Below the pieces are notes generated by a model, which saw only the letters and a program-made list of their open reading frames with translations, was not told the DNA's origin and ran no database searches. Below are positions 51,353-64,000 of a DNA stretch of 64,000 nucleotides, piece after piece. This DNA is from Antedon mediterranea. Lineage: Eukaryota; Animalia; Echinodermata. The DNA is taken from contig NC_092672.1 of assembly GCF_964355755.1 (NCBI RefSeq), forward strand, positions 6,014,001-6,078,000, in the 5' to 3' direction. Numbering within the stretch: position 1 is the stretch's first letter; every line of letters starts with the position of its first letter. Made by a program: the position numbers and the translations under genes.

Positions 51353-52149
51353 TAAGAAGATAGATGGGTGGATGGCAATATTTAAATATATGAAGATTTT
51401 GCAGTGCGTTTGAAAAACAGTTGGTTTAATAGTCTGAGTAACCTGTACACCATATATAACCATCCAGGACACTGGAGAAACTACTGTGTCCAGTTTTTGG
51501 AGATATGTGTCCAAAGCACAGCGTACAGTTAAGGCGATTAATAGAACCGTAATCATAGCCCGTCAACAATTGTATTGCACAATGTCGACTGGCTGCTCTT
51601 TCGCTCCTTTAAATCCCCATGATATGTTTATTTTCATTAAGCCATAGTATGATCATAATAGTAACAGTAAAAAGTCCCAAGAAATATCACCACCAATTGT
51701 AGATTCCTCATCTGAAAATATTCCATGTTTAATTAGAGATCAGCATGGTTGATCGTCAAACATTTAACACAAAGATTCACCAGATAATGTTCCCATCGGT
51801 CAAGCCGAGAACCAGCTGAGGGATGCATTTGATTGACCAACTAGGCAATTCAGTTATCATAATTTCTCTTTAAGTAGACTTAAGGAGGTCAAAGTGAGAG
51901 CATTTTGATGTTGCCTATTATGGCATTCCGTGTTTCTAAAAATTGTAAATTAAAGTGGTGTATTTTTTGAGGACCTATAGGCTGGATACCTATCTTCCCA
52001 CCTCTTTCACCTATGAATTTGGATACTAGTATATTCTTAATTCATGATATTAAGTTTGTTTTAATGTCCGTTTATATTAGGCTAGGATGAACAATAACAA
52101 TTTGTTTGGAGAAGGTTTAGATTTGAACTACTGCTCCTAACAAGTCTTG

Positions 52150-52432
52150 ATGTGCAGAATGATTCAAAATGCGCCATGCTGTCAACACCCCTATACAACT
52201 TAGTGTCGTCTGCAAATAAACGAACACTAGACTCGACAACATCAGGTAAATCGTTAATGAAGATTGAGAATAAAATTGGGCCCACAATGCTACCCTGTGG
52301 AATTCCACTTAATACTGGAGCCTGTGATGATAATTGACCATTGACACTAACTCGTTGTGTTCTATTCAACAAATAATTAGAGGACCAACCTAGTAGATTT
52401 CCCGTAATACCAAAACCTTTCAATTTAGTGCT
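52150..52432 (-). pseudogene. CR1-like reverse transcriptase fragment
   Basis: KLKGFGITG...RTQRVSVNG...GIPQGSIVGPILFSIFINDL...FADDTKLY. Confidence 0.88.
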
Positions 52433-53029
52433 GCAACATTAAAGTCACCACCAATTATTACTAATTTTCATCAGTTGTGAGCATTGATATGTTACTCCTA
52501 GATAAGGTGTTTTAAGTTATGTTTTATTGTTATATTTTATGTCTGTCAAAAAAGCTTTGTGTATACCTGCGTAAACTATGGTGTGGTATATGCAGAATAA
52601 GATTATAATGTATGATTTAAAGATAACACGTATGAGAAAGAAGATCATGTAATCATGCCACAATAATAATAATTTATTGTGTAACTTCTCAATATAGTAG
52701 TGTTAAACATAACATGTAGCAATCGTAATAGACCTCCGCACTAGCTAGTAAGATTTCTAATATACGTCACATGGCCTTTTATGCAAATCATCCTAGATGA
52801 GCATATCTCAACGACGATTACTAACTTAGTTACGCATACTGCCGTTATGTTTTGAACATTTCTATATATATAGTGTTTAAATTGTAAGAAAGTTTCTTTG
52901 AAATGAAGGATAATGTTTTGTTTTTTAAGAAACAGCAATAATGAAATGAAAGAACCGTTATATATATAATGGTTGTTTTGTTGTTACACTGGATCTGTCA
53001 GCAACCTTTGACACTTTAGATTATTCAGT

Positions 53030-53460
53030 GTTGACCAAAAGGCTCTCAGAATTGTATGGGTTTCATGATAATGTAATCTGTTCAAGGTTCAAATCATACA
53101 GGGTAGATTTTCAGTAGCTAATGAATACTCAGATGAAAAACCATTAGAATATGGTATACCGCAAGGGTCTAGTGTGTTGGCCCTCAATTATTTTCTTTTT
53201 CCACGAAACCGATATGTGATATTATTAGCCGACATAGTGTTAAGTACCATATCACTATGCTGATGATACATTATTGTATTTAAATTTCAATCCTAAACAT
53301 TCTAATGAACCAAACAAATCGTTAGCCATCCTCACAAATTGTATCATCGAAGTGAGTAACATGTTATGTCTTTGTGATGACAAAACTGAATTTCTTACTG
53401 TGGTATCCTGTCACTGTATATGCAAAAGCTGATAATGTCTCTCTTCAAATTGGCAAACTG
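53030..53460 (+). pseudogene. Highly degraded L2-like RT relic
   Basis: Frameshifted motifs YGIPQGS (53150-53170), HYADDT.LY (53253-53280) and DDKTEFL (53376-53396). Confidence 0.65.
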
Positions 53461-54119
53461 TAATTGGTAACTGTAATTTATTCACACTGATTTTAATTTA
53501 TTCACACCGATTTTAACCGGTTATTTTCTATGCAGCAGAAACAGGCCCTATAACAGTCTAAATCTATCAAGGTTCTTTGGGTAGTTTTTGATTGAAAATT
53601 GTAAATGAAAATGTGTTCATAATTGCTAATGTATTAAAATTTAAATCAAAGCCAAAATTTAACTATCATAGTGTAAACTAAGAAATAAAGTCTATCATAA
53701 TAAGCAGCATAATGATTCTATTATACCATAGATATAACCTAGACATCTGAAATAATTGGGGTGAATTTATTCACATGGTTAATAACCAGTTATTTTTGGG
53801 AAAATCTCAAGCCAGCAGCAACCTCAAACTTGACATGTATGTATACAACATTGTGAATAAAAAAGGCCATTATTCCAGTTACTCTAAATAAGTTGATTAA
53901 TTCATGATTTATGTTAGGTAAATGAATATTGGGTGATACTTGCTCTACTAAGAATTAAAATGATTGTTCACTGAAATTGTAACTTTTTCTTATGTGACAG
54001 ACAAAAATTAATAGGGTTGATAATTTTTATTTTATGAATGAAATTTTCCTTATGTATATTTCTATGGAATACTGTACTCCAATTTATTGCGTTTCATCAT
54101 CCGTATACAAGTTGTATTG

Positions 54120-57100
54120 GTTTTTCCCAAGTTATTGTGTTTCAATAGCAACAAATTACATACATTGTTGGTGAATGTTATAAAAATTGGAAAAAGCTAC
54201 TTAAAATATTAATGAGCGTCATAGAAGTTATTGGCAGCTGTAGTCTCTCAGTAGAATCAATTCTATTATGTATATGCAGCCTAGCTAGCTTAGAACCATT
54301 GTTACATTGAACTTCTAATAATACGTAGTTTCAAATATCAATTTTAGAAATGTGTTGATTATTCTACTGACAGGTGACACATTGCTATCATTTTGTAACC
54401 CATTTTATTCTATCCTATTGTGTATACACAGCCTGTTTAGCCCCTTATCATTACTATTTCTTTCATTATTTTTTATGAAAATATAGATATCAAATGGTGA
54501 GAACATACACACAGGTGTCACTGAGTTTTGTTATGTACTAACCAGTAGTGACATACATGGTGTTAATGTACTTTATTCTCTCCCCTTACCTTATCTGACC
54601 CCTTCCTTTTCACCTTCCAATTAAATATATTTTGATCTTCCTATATCATTCTTTGTGAATGTGTAATATGTCTTCCATCTTTTGTTTGATTATGTTTGAT
54701 TGGTTGGTGGATAATCAAGGTTCACTTAACTATATTACATTGCATTTTTAATGTAATAATAATGATAACACCCTTCAATTTGATACAACCCTTCCTAGTT
54801 TGACATAAAAAGTGTGATATGCCCAAATATGGTAGTGATATGTCATCGTGTCCATATATGGTCACATCACATCTTTTTGTTACATAAAGTTTCATAGTGT
54901 AGACAGAGCTTAAGAGGCCTCTTATTTATAGTAGTCTCTTCCATAACCAAGATAAATTTACGGTCCAAGAAATGGTTTTCTAGTACAGTTTAATCTAAAT
55001 GGACAACTTGTAATCTGGAATAAAATGTTGACCTTTGGAAAAGCAGTTGCTTACTAGAATCTCATCTAATAAAAGGCCACATACTTGATGCTCTTTATGT
55101 CCGCTGAGGAACTATTTAATTTGTTTTGTACAAAAACAAAAATTGTATTAAATGAAAATGTGTTTGTTACTGCTTCCTGGAGGTGGATAGACATAATAAA
55201 CAGAACAAAATGTGTCCATTTTAGGTGTTAACTTCAGAGAAAGGCAAAAAAAAAGCACAGGAAAGTTCCACTATATTCCAAATTAAATGGGAAAACCAAA
55301 CTTACCAGAAAAACAGATTTTAGGCCAAACAATGTTATAATATGATTACGTTGGCAATCAATAATGAAAACTATAGATAATTTATCACTTAGAAAATAAT
55401 ACTAATATTGAACACCGGTAAAATAATCCATTGTAGATTTGAGTGTGAGAACATGACATAGTCAGACATTTTAACAATTATGGGTTTTATTCAATCAGTA
55501 AAATACACTCATGGTTGTCAATATCCTCTCTACTATCATGTTATGTGTATTTCTAACACATATTTACCACGTCTATACTATAGTTGATGCTGATCAATGT
55601 GTTTGTTTTTGTAATCTGTCAATGCTGTCAGCAAAATGTGCTAAACTAGTTGTCAACATCACTTTCCACATCCTAATTCAACTTCTGGAATTTACACCCT
55701 CTCAGCTCAAGCTCTGTCTACACATAGAGATATTATAGTGATTATACTATGGTCTACACTATCAAACTTTCACAAAAAGTGTGATGTGCCCAAATATGGT
55801 AGTGATATGATGTCATCATGTCCATATATTGGCACATCACATTTTGTTGTCATATAAAGTTTGATAGTGTAGTGTAGTGGAGCTTTGGGATTAACCTGAG
55901 TAAAACAGAATAAAAGTATTTATAGGAATATTTACAGTGTATGTAATTAACGTCAATCTAAAATCACTGTTTAACTATTTAAATTTTCATTAAACATAGT
56001 GCAAACAAAAAAATAAACTTGAATATAATAAGCAGTATAAGATACTATTATATACCACATATTTAATCAGGACATCTGATTGGTTAAAACTACACGCATA
56101 ATTTCACTTGTTTCTGCTTCACTGAGCTACTGTATTTGATAACTTTCAGGTTTTACTGCCCTCAACTTCTCTCATCATAAATTACACTATTTGTTATGCA
56201 TTCTGTATGCTTGTGTCTTCCATGATTCCTTTTTTCTCTGATGGTCAGTTTTCTTTTTTTTTTTTCATTTTTATTTATTCCTGTATTTACTTTAGAGAGG
56301 CCTTTACCATAAAGTGCGTTGAATATGGCTAGCAATGATGATGATTTACTTTGCTACAAAATGTGTTTTTCCTAATTTGTCTTGACTTTCTGATGTCTAT
56401 ATATTATAATTGTTTTGTTAATTAGGTAGTTAAATATAGTGAAAGAGAAAATTCTTTTTTTTTTTTGCTTAATTAAAAGAAGTAATGTGTTATAATGGAG
56501 TGGAGGTGTAGCTTGAGGAGTGGAGGTGTAGTTTGGAGAGTGGAGCTGTAGCTTAAGGAGTGGAGCTATAGCTTGTGGTGTGGAGCTGTAGCTTGGTGAG
56601 TAGAGCTGTAGCTTTTAGAGTGGACCTATAGCTTGGGGAGTGGAGCTATAGCTTGGTGAGTGGAGCTGTAGCTTGGTGAGTGGAGCTGCAGCTTGGTGAG
56701 TGGAGCTGTAGCTTGGGGATTAGAGCTGTAGCTTGGAGGGTGGAGCTGTAGCTTGGGAAGTGGACCTATAGCTTGGGGAGTGGAGCTGTAGCTTGGTGAG
56801 TAGAGCTGTAGCTTGGGGAGTGGACCTATAGCTTGGGGAGTGGAGCTATAGCTTGGGGAGTGGAGCTATAGCTTGGGGAGTGGAGCTGTTGCTTGGGGAC
56901 TGGAGCTGTTGCTTGGGGACTGGAGAGCTGTAGCTTGGTGAGTGGAGCTGTAGCTTGTGGAGTGGACCTATAGCTTGGGGAGTGGAGCTGTAGCTTGGGG
57001 AGTGGAGGTGTGGCTTGGTGAGCGGTGTTGTGGAAAGTACTGGTGCTTGAAGACCTCAAGGCTAGTGCATGTGTAGCGGTAGCTAACGGTATTATGACTG

Positions 57101-58330
57101 ACTGTCATTAGGCCTAGAGCAGTAGCCTACACCAGAATTGGGACCGTGGTCCGGATTGGTCCTTGACCACATATCTATCTGTATTTTTATTTTGGTAGAG
57201 ATCTTGTAATTACTTTTTGAGTAATCCTGCTAACAAACAAACACACGCGATCGACTACATATACCTCCTTGGCGGAAGTAAATAATACTAATATTAAACA
57301 CTGGTAAAAATAAGCCATTGTAGATTTGAGAGTGAGAACATGACATGTCACACATTTTGACAATTATGGGTTTTAGATAATCAGTAAAATACACACCCAT
57401 GGTTGTCAATATCCTCTCTATCATTGTTATGTGTATTTTTAACACATATTTACCACGTCTATACTATAGTTGGTGCTGATCAATGTGTTTGTTTTTTGTA
57501 ATCTGTCAACGCTGTCAGCAAAATGTGCTAAACTAGTTGTCAACATCACTTTCCACATCCTAATTCAAATTCTGGAATTTACACCCTCTCAGCTTAGGCT
57601 CTGTCTACACTATCAAACTAGGTTGACAAAAAAAGTGTGATGTGCCCAAATATGATAGTGATGTGCCAAATTTGGTATTGATATGATGTCATCATGTTCA
57701 TTAATTTTATAGGTACATCACACTTTTTTGTCATATAAAGTTTGATAGTGTAGGCAGAGCTTTAGGATTAAGCTGAGTAAAACAGAATATAAGAATTTAT
57801 AGGAATATTTACAAATATAATATAATAAAAATATAATCAAAGCCAATCTGTTTAACTATTTAAATTGTCATCAAACATAGTGTTAACAAAGAAATAAAGT
57901 CTATACTATAATATAGTATAATGATTATATTATGTACCATACCATAGATATAACATAGACATCTGATTGGTTAAAACTACACGCATAATTTAACTTGTTT
58001 CCACTTCACTGAACTATTGTAATCTGATCACTTTCAGGTTTTACTGCCCTCAACTTCTCTCATCATAAATTACACTATTTGTTATGCATTCTGTATGCTT
58101 GTGTCTTCCATGATTTCGTTTTTACTCTGATGGTCAGTCTTTTTTCTTTAATCCTGTTTTTACTTCAGAGAGGGATTCACCCTGAAGTGGGTTGAATATG
58201 GCTAGCAATGATGATGGTTTACTTTACTTACTCATAGTTTGTCTATGTCTATATATTCTTAATTATTTTGTGCTTACTAATGGTAATTAGGTAAATGTAG
58301 TGAAAAATAAAATATCCGCTTATATTTAAA
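54120..58330 (+). repeat. Two consecutive copies of the dispersed duplicated unit (about 54120-57130 and 57284-58330)
   Basis: 55398-56450 is repeated at 57284-58310; both match 20195-21210 and, in part, 1471-2060. Confidence 0.9.
56497..57022. repeat. 20-bp minisatellite, about 26 diverged units
   Basis: Same unit with many substitutions. Confidence 0.95.
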
Positions 58331-58714
58331 AAAAAAATTTTTTGCTCATATTAGAAGAAGTAAAATTTAACATGTTGTCATTGAGCAAAATATCTGGCAT
58401 AAAAGGCTCACATTTTTTCACCAATCGCAAATTTTTTTTTTATATTACTTACTTATATGCCACCGCTCTTAGGTCATGTCAATCAACATAAAAATCAATT
58501 TTTTGGGCGCATGTTATGAATTAGGGATGTTTCAGGCCCTGGATATTTACCTCAGTCAGCCAGGACATTTCCCCAAAAAAATTGGTCATAATTGGGAAAT
58601 CTCAAGCCATATAACATTTTGAATAAACATTATAATTATTTTACTAAATAAGTTGATTGATTCAATTTATATTAGGTAAATGAATATAGGGTGAATTGCT
58701 CTAGTAAGAATTAG

Positions 58715-59204
58715 AACTAGAGGGTACTCCGAGAGTACAAACCTCCGCCTACTGTAAAATTCCCCTACATAAAATGCCCCCTGAATATTTTTTTTTTTTA
58801 CATTTTTTTTTATTAGTTCTAAGTGTAAATATGTTAACTGCACACTACAAAGTTGTGGATGACAGTGTGGTGTAATGGTTATGTATCCAGCCTCTCACAC
58901 AGTTGAGATCGCTGGTAACCACAATTATATGATGTGTCATTGATCATTGTGGCTAAGTTTGGTGAGAATCAGATCAAAACTGTGGTCTCTAGGCAGTAAA
59001 ATAGTTTTTTGTTAGTCGTGACCTTGACCTATGACCTTTCCCCCTCAAATTCAAACTCGTCCGAGCTTTTTGGGCATAGATCATTGTGTCCAAATTTGGT
59101 TAGAATCGGATAAAAACTGTGGCCTCCAGGCTGTTCACAGACACACACACAAACACACCCAAACATACAGGGGTGAAAACATAACCTCCTTGGCGGAGGT
59201 AATT
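58715..59204 (-). mobile_element. HINE family 1, inverted copy with internal deletion
   Basis: Reverse complement of 32707-33300, lacking the B box-to-oligo(T) segment. Related ends at about 57130-57283 and 59540-59714. Confidence 0.85.
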
Positions 59205-59781
59205 ATTATAAAAGGCATATAATGATACTTTGATGTTCAATAAAATTTTAACTTTTTCTGGCCTTCATTAAGAATAGGATTGTAAAAAAAGTATGAAATG
59301 ATAATTTAGAAAAGTCGATCATGATTGGGAGTGTCATTTCTGTCCAACTAGTGGTGCCATTTATCATGAATTTTACGTGCAAGAGTACCATTTCCAGCTA
59401 TCTAGGGGTACCATGATTGAACCAAATTCGCTTCGCCACAGGCCCCATCATGGGGAAGGGCTGTGGCTCAAATACTTTGTTTCCGAACTCCCCCACAAAA
59501 ATGGTGTAATCTGAAGCTATTGTTAATTGAAAGGCTTGTTACATAACCATTACACCAAACTCGCATACACATGCTTGTAGTGAAATTAGCCTAAATCACA
59601 AACAGCATTAAGACACACACAAATATACTATATTTATTTTTTCCTGGAAAAATCTTATGTAGGAGAATTTTACAGTAGGTGGAGGTATGCACTCTCGGAG
59701 TGGCTTTCTAGTTAGGTAGTTAAATATAGTGAAAGAGAAAATTTTTTTTTTGCTTAATTAAAAGAAGTAATATGTTATAAT

Positions 59782-59823
59782 GGAGTGGAGGTGTAGCTTG
59801 TGGAGTGGAGCTGTAGTTTGGTG
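59782..59823. repeat. 20-bp minisatellite seed, about 2 units
   Basis: Same left flank (AATTAAAAGAAGTAATATGTTATAAT) as the three long arrays. Confidence 0.8.
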
Positions 59824-60039
59824 ATTTAGATGTTTGGCTACCAATCCTAGGGTCCCATGATTTTTTCTCATGACAGAACAACTGCACTCTCAAAGACTTT
59901 GTTTGTGTAGAGCAAAGTTTATGTTTGTCTTTGCTTAAAGGGGAGGCCGCTTTCTTAGCCATGTTGCCATAGCTATGTTTTTATCTATCCTCTCCAAGAG
60001 ACTTGTCTCCAAACTGTCATAAAATAAAAATAAAATCTC

Positions 60040-63000
60040 GATAAAATCAATAATCAAATGTAAAACTTATTTGTAAATGGCAAAATAATCATTAGTATAC
60101 ATAGTAATGTTTATGAGTTGAAAATTAATTTTGTGATGATAACATTATAAAGTACCTACATTGTTGTATAATAAGAAGAAGTAATAAACAAATTTATGAT
60201 CATCCAACTAAATTATTTGATCAAACTCACTTAATTTTAAGATGTTGTATTCAAAATCTTCTCTTCGTGTTTTTTGTTTCATTTCTGCAATACAGTTTGT
60301 TATTATCTATATTACTATCATAAATAAGCAGAAGTCAATAGACATACTGTGTGGATGTACTTTCTTAATATTGAAGATAATTTATGCTATTACTGTTGAA
60401 TTTGTTTATTTTTAGTTCAGTTGAGTCAGAATATTTTAATGAAATAGACATGATTGACTATCACCTCATAATCAATTCAATTGGATGTAACTACTGTTTT
60501 GGTCAATTGTAGTTCAAGTCAATATAAATTGAATTTAAGTATGTAACCAATAAGGTATCGCAATAATTTTGTAAATATGCCTATTAAACTGTACACATCT
60601 TGGGATATATCATCATTGTCATCATCATTATTATCTTCATTATCATTGTCATAATCATCAATTTCATGTTCATCATCATCAGGCCTAAAGTAGTCATACA
60701 ATAATGTACAGGATACAAGTTTTAACTTTGTTACTTTATTAGTAATCCAGTAAATTATATATTACAACAATTTCAGTTCTATAAATGAATAAGCTAATGA
60801 TCTATGTAAACCATGGAGAACTAAGTTGACAATACTACTAGACAATATAATAATATAATTTATAAAAAATTAATAAAATTAACACAATTCAATACTTAAA
60901 TCCAATATTTTAATATTGTAAGAAGTTTTTTTTAAATAAAAGGGTACCAACAGTTTATTGAAAGAAAATAATATACTATATACAGAAACTTGATTGGTCT
61001 TGCATAAAAACAGTCAATCAATATTGCTAAACACTATAACATATATATAACAAACAATACAAGTTTCATATAAGAACAGTTTGATATTGATACAACAAAA
61101 TAATATATGTAAAAACAGTGAATTAGAATATTTAGAGTGTATTAAAATCAAACCAATTAACAATCACTATTATATAGGAAACTGTCAACCGTCATAAAAC
61201 ATTGTAAAAAGAAAATGTCCACTTTATATATATATAATTAATTAAATTTCAGTATATCACCGGGCGGTTTAGAATTAATGTTCTTTGCCTGATTTGTTTA
61301 TATATATATATATATATATAGATTCTAGGTATCTGATTGGTTAAAACTTGTTTGAGTGAACTGTTTACTGCCCTCAACTTCTCTTTTCATTAATTACTAT
61401 ACACCTTTTTTTATGCATTCTGTATACTTGTTGCTTATAATATGATTTTTTTTTCTCTTTCATTCATTATAGAATTTATGAAGTTGGTTACTTGTATTGG
61501 TCTGCAATCAGGTTGATATCACCACCAAATAAATAAATTCCTTTTATTTGGTTGATACTACAACTACTATAGACCAAGCTTAATATAATTGTATGTGTAT
61601 GTTACACTACGTTGCGCGATAGCCTAACTCTTCACCGTGACAAGTTCAAATCTAGTCTAACTTTCTTTTTATTAGAAAAACTTATGGTCGAAAATAATGT
61701 ATTTATAGAAAATTATTAACAATCAGTATGATTCAATGCTTAAATGCTATATTTTAATATGTTTATATTCTAAAAAGTTTCTAAAATAAAAATTAAATAT
61801 GCAAAGTACTACCACCAACAGTCTATTAAACAAAAATAATATGATAAACTAATGTGACCAAAATAATGGATATAAATAACATAGACTATAGAATATGCAT
61901 TCAAGCCAAAGCAAATCAAGATTGTTGAAAATCATTTATGTATTAGATGATAAAGTAAACAAAATTAAAATGTCATACTAGAACAGTTTGATATTGATAA
62001 TATGATAAACTTAAATACAACAAAATAATATGGGAACAATAAATATTTCTTACCCAATCGCCGAAAATAATCGTTTTTTGCCACGAATGAAGTAAATAAA
62101 TTGCGCCCTCAGTAGGAAATTTTATGAACTTTAAAAATTACGGTTTTTAGTAATATATTTTGTATATCAACATTGTAAAATTCAATCAAATATGATATTA
62201 CACGTTTATTAAATAAAAAGAGTGTTTATTTAACCTCATTCAAAGAATTTCAATACATTATTTTCCCGTGTGTTGGACATGCAGTACATTGTGACTTCAC
62301 TTTGTGTCAAGTCAACCAATCAAAAGATGAGAATCAAACATCGTTTGACCGTGAGCCCTCATAGACTCTCTTTTCTCAGACGTTTTTTTGGGTCCAGTAG
62401 CTTGGACCTATCAATTAGTCGAGTTTACAAAATATCAAAAATGTCAGCCATAGCTTTCCACTTGATATAGCTTCTGAATGAGAAGTCCTCTGGGGATAAT
62501 AGCCGGCTAAAGCTGCGGCGTGAACAAATGAGTAAAATATGAAAGTCCAATTTTACCAATATAACTTTATTATACCATAATAGAAATATTATAAATAATT
62601 AAAGATCCTGACAAAATCAATCAATAGATATTTTATAATTCGTCATAGTGAATCTAGTATTATATGCAATAAGCAATTGTTCTGAAATCATAGTACATCC
62701 CTAATGCATTGTCAAAATAAGGTTCTCTGCAAAGTTGTCCTTTAAATGCAACAAAATAATATGTGTAATCAAGATTTAAATTTACCATTGTTTGAAACAT
62801 ACAATAATTTGTAACGTTAATTTTTAGAACTAGTTTGAATGTTGATTTATCAAAATGTTATGTGCAACAAATCAGGAAATTCAAAGTTACCATATAAATC
62901 TTCACTTTATTATTTCGGTTGCCTTAATGTTCTGATTAGTTGTTAAGCATCCCTCCAATTTGTAACGTGTTACAGTTACAGTTATTGACGGCACACACTA

Positions 63001-64000
63001 CATGTGTCGACAGCCTTTGTTTTTACAAAAAGCTTAATAATGAACAGCATGTGGTGCATAATTGGGATACTACCTGTTTGTATTTCTATTTTGAATTGCT
63101 GAAATTTAATCATCTCAGGATTGTGGTAAATTATCTTGTCTATTCTGTTTTTAAATAAAATTTCTTTTTGAACAACCAAAAATTAATGTAAGCGAACTTA
63201 CAGTACGTTTTGTTTCGTTTTTGGTTGTTCAAAAAGAAATTTTATTTAATACCTTTTTCTACAACCAGATGAAACTCTTCCAATATTCTGTTTTTGTTTT
63301 GCATATATTGATTTGTATTAATCATCCTTGTACTGTAATTTATTCATTTGATTAATCACTCATGTCATCTTCTAAATACAAATTATCATAATCATCATAA
63401 TCAATATTTTTTTCATCAGGATGGATGATGTAGAAGGATGATGTAGATGCAGCTGCATCTGCCATTTTTAATCAAATGTCTACAATTTGTGTTCAATCAA
63501 TTGTGCTCTGATCTGTGTCTGAACGGTCCACTTTGGTGAAAAATAATTAAAAGCTATATGTGGATTTCACTGTTTACATTTCACCATGCATTTCTGTAGT
63601 ATTTGTTAAAAACCAATGAACCATTAGTTCATTATCATCCTTGCCATTTGATTGGTAGATTTCATGTCACATGGTATTGGCTATTTTGTTTATAAAGCTT
63701 ATTGTGTTTCGATGGTAACAAATGACATACATTGTTGTTGAATGTTATCATAACAATAGAGAAAAGCTATCTAAAATATTAATAAGCGTAATAGAAGTTA
63801 TTGGCAAAAATGAATGTTTGAATTGAATGGAGAAAATACAGTATGATTAGATTGGCAAAATAGTCTTAAATATATATTTTTATGAGTTGAATACAGTATT
63901 GTGTTTATTGTGTTTCGATGGTAACAAATTAATACTGTTATTATTATTCTATTATGTTTATGTAGCCTAGCTAGCTCAGAACCGCACACAGGTCTCACTG
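60040..64000 (+). repeat. Mosaic of diverged pieces of the duplicated unit
   Basis: 60040-60285 matches 7860-7985 and 21950-22130; 60350-60555 matches 3858-4060; 61830-62000 matches 4065-4222; 63699-63810 matches 54132-54238; 63963-63999 matches 19447 and 19703. Confidence 0.7.

Noticed and set aside
37379-64000. Next GRK exon (human exon 5 equivalent, PFSKSATEHVQ...LFQ)
   Set aside because: Candidate acceptors at about 42062, 43487 and 51702 gave no matching peptide. It is probably downstream of the window, though a diverged 75-nt exon could be missed by eye.

Overview
AT-rich, repeat-dense eukaryotic genomic DNA, probably from a marine invertebrate deuterostome (inferred from the SINE types; the species cannot be determined). 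There is no sign of prokaryotic organisation or CRISPR. The whole window appears to lie inside a plus-strand GRK2/3-type G-protein-coupled receptor kinase gene. Only two small exons of it are present (24760-24833 and 37277-37378), and the ORF track missed both. A complete four-coding-exon voltage-gated proton channel gene (Hv1/HVCN1, 298 aa by my splice model, 13843->11366) lies on the opposite strand, apparently nested in a GRK intron. The introns also hold: a young non-autonomous LTR element (28347-32057); a 5'-truncated CR1/L2-group LINE with an open RT frame; Helentron-type non-autonomous elements (one family carrying a tRNA-derived cassette, another nested in itself); Kolobok-, Harbinger- and Academ-like MITEs; SINEs; and several diverged copies of a multi-kb unit associated with a 20-bp minisatellite and relics of an EEP-fold nuclease/phosphatase gene. 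All calls come from reading the sequence by eye; no alignment or database search was run.
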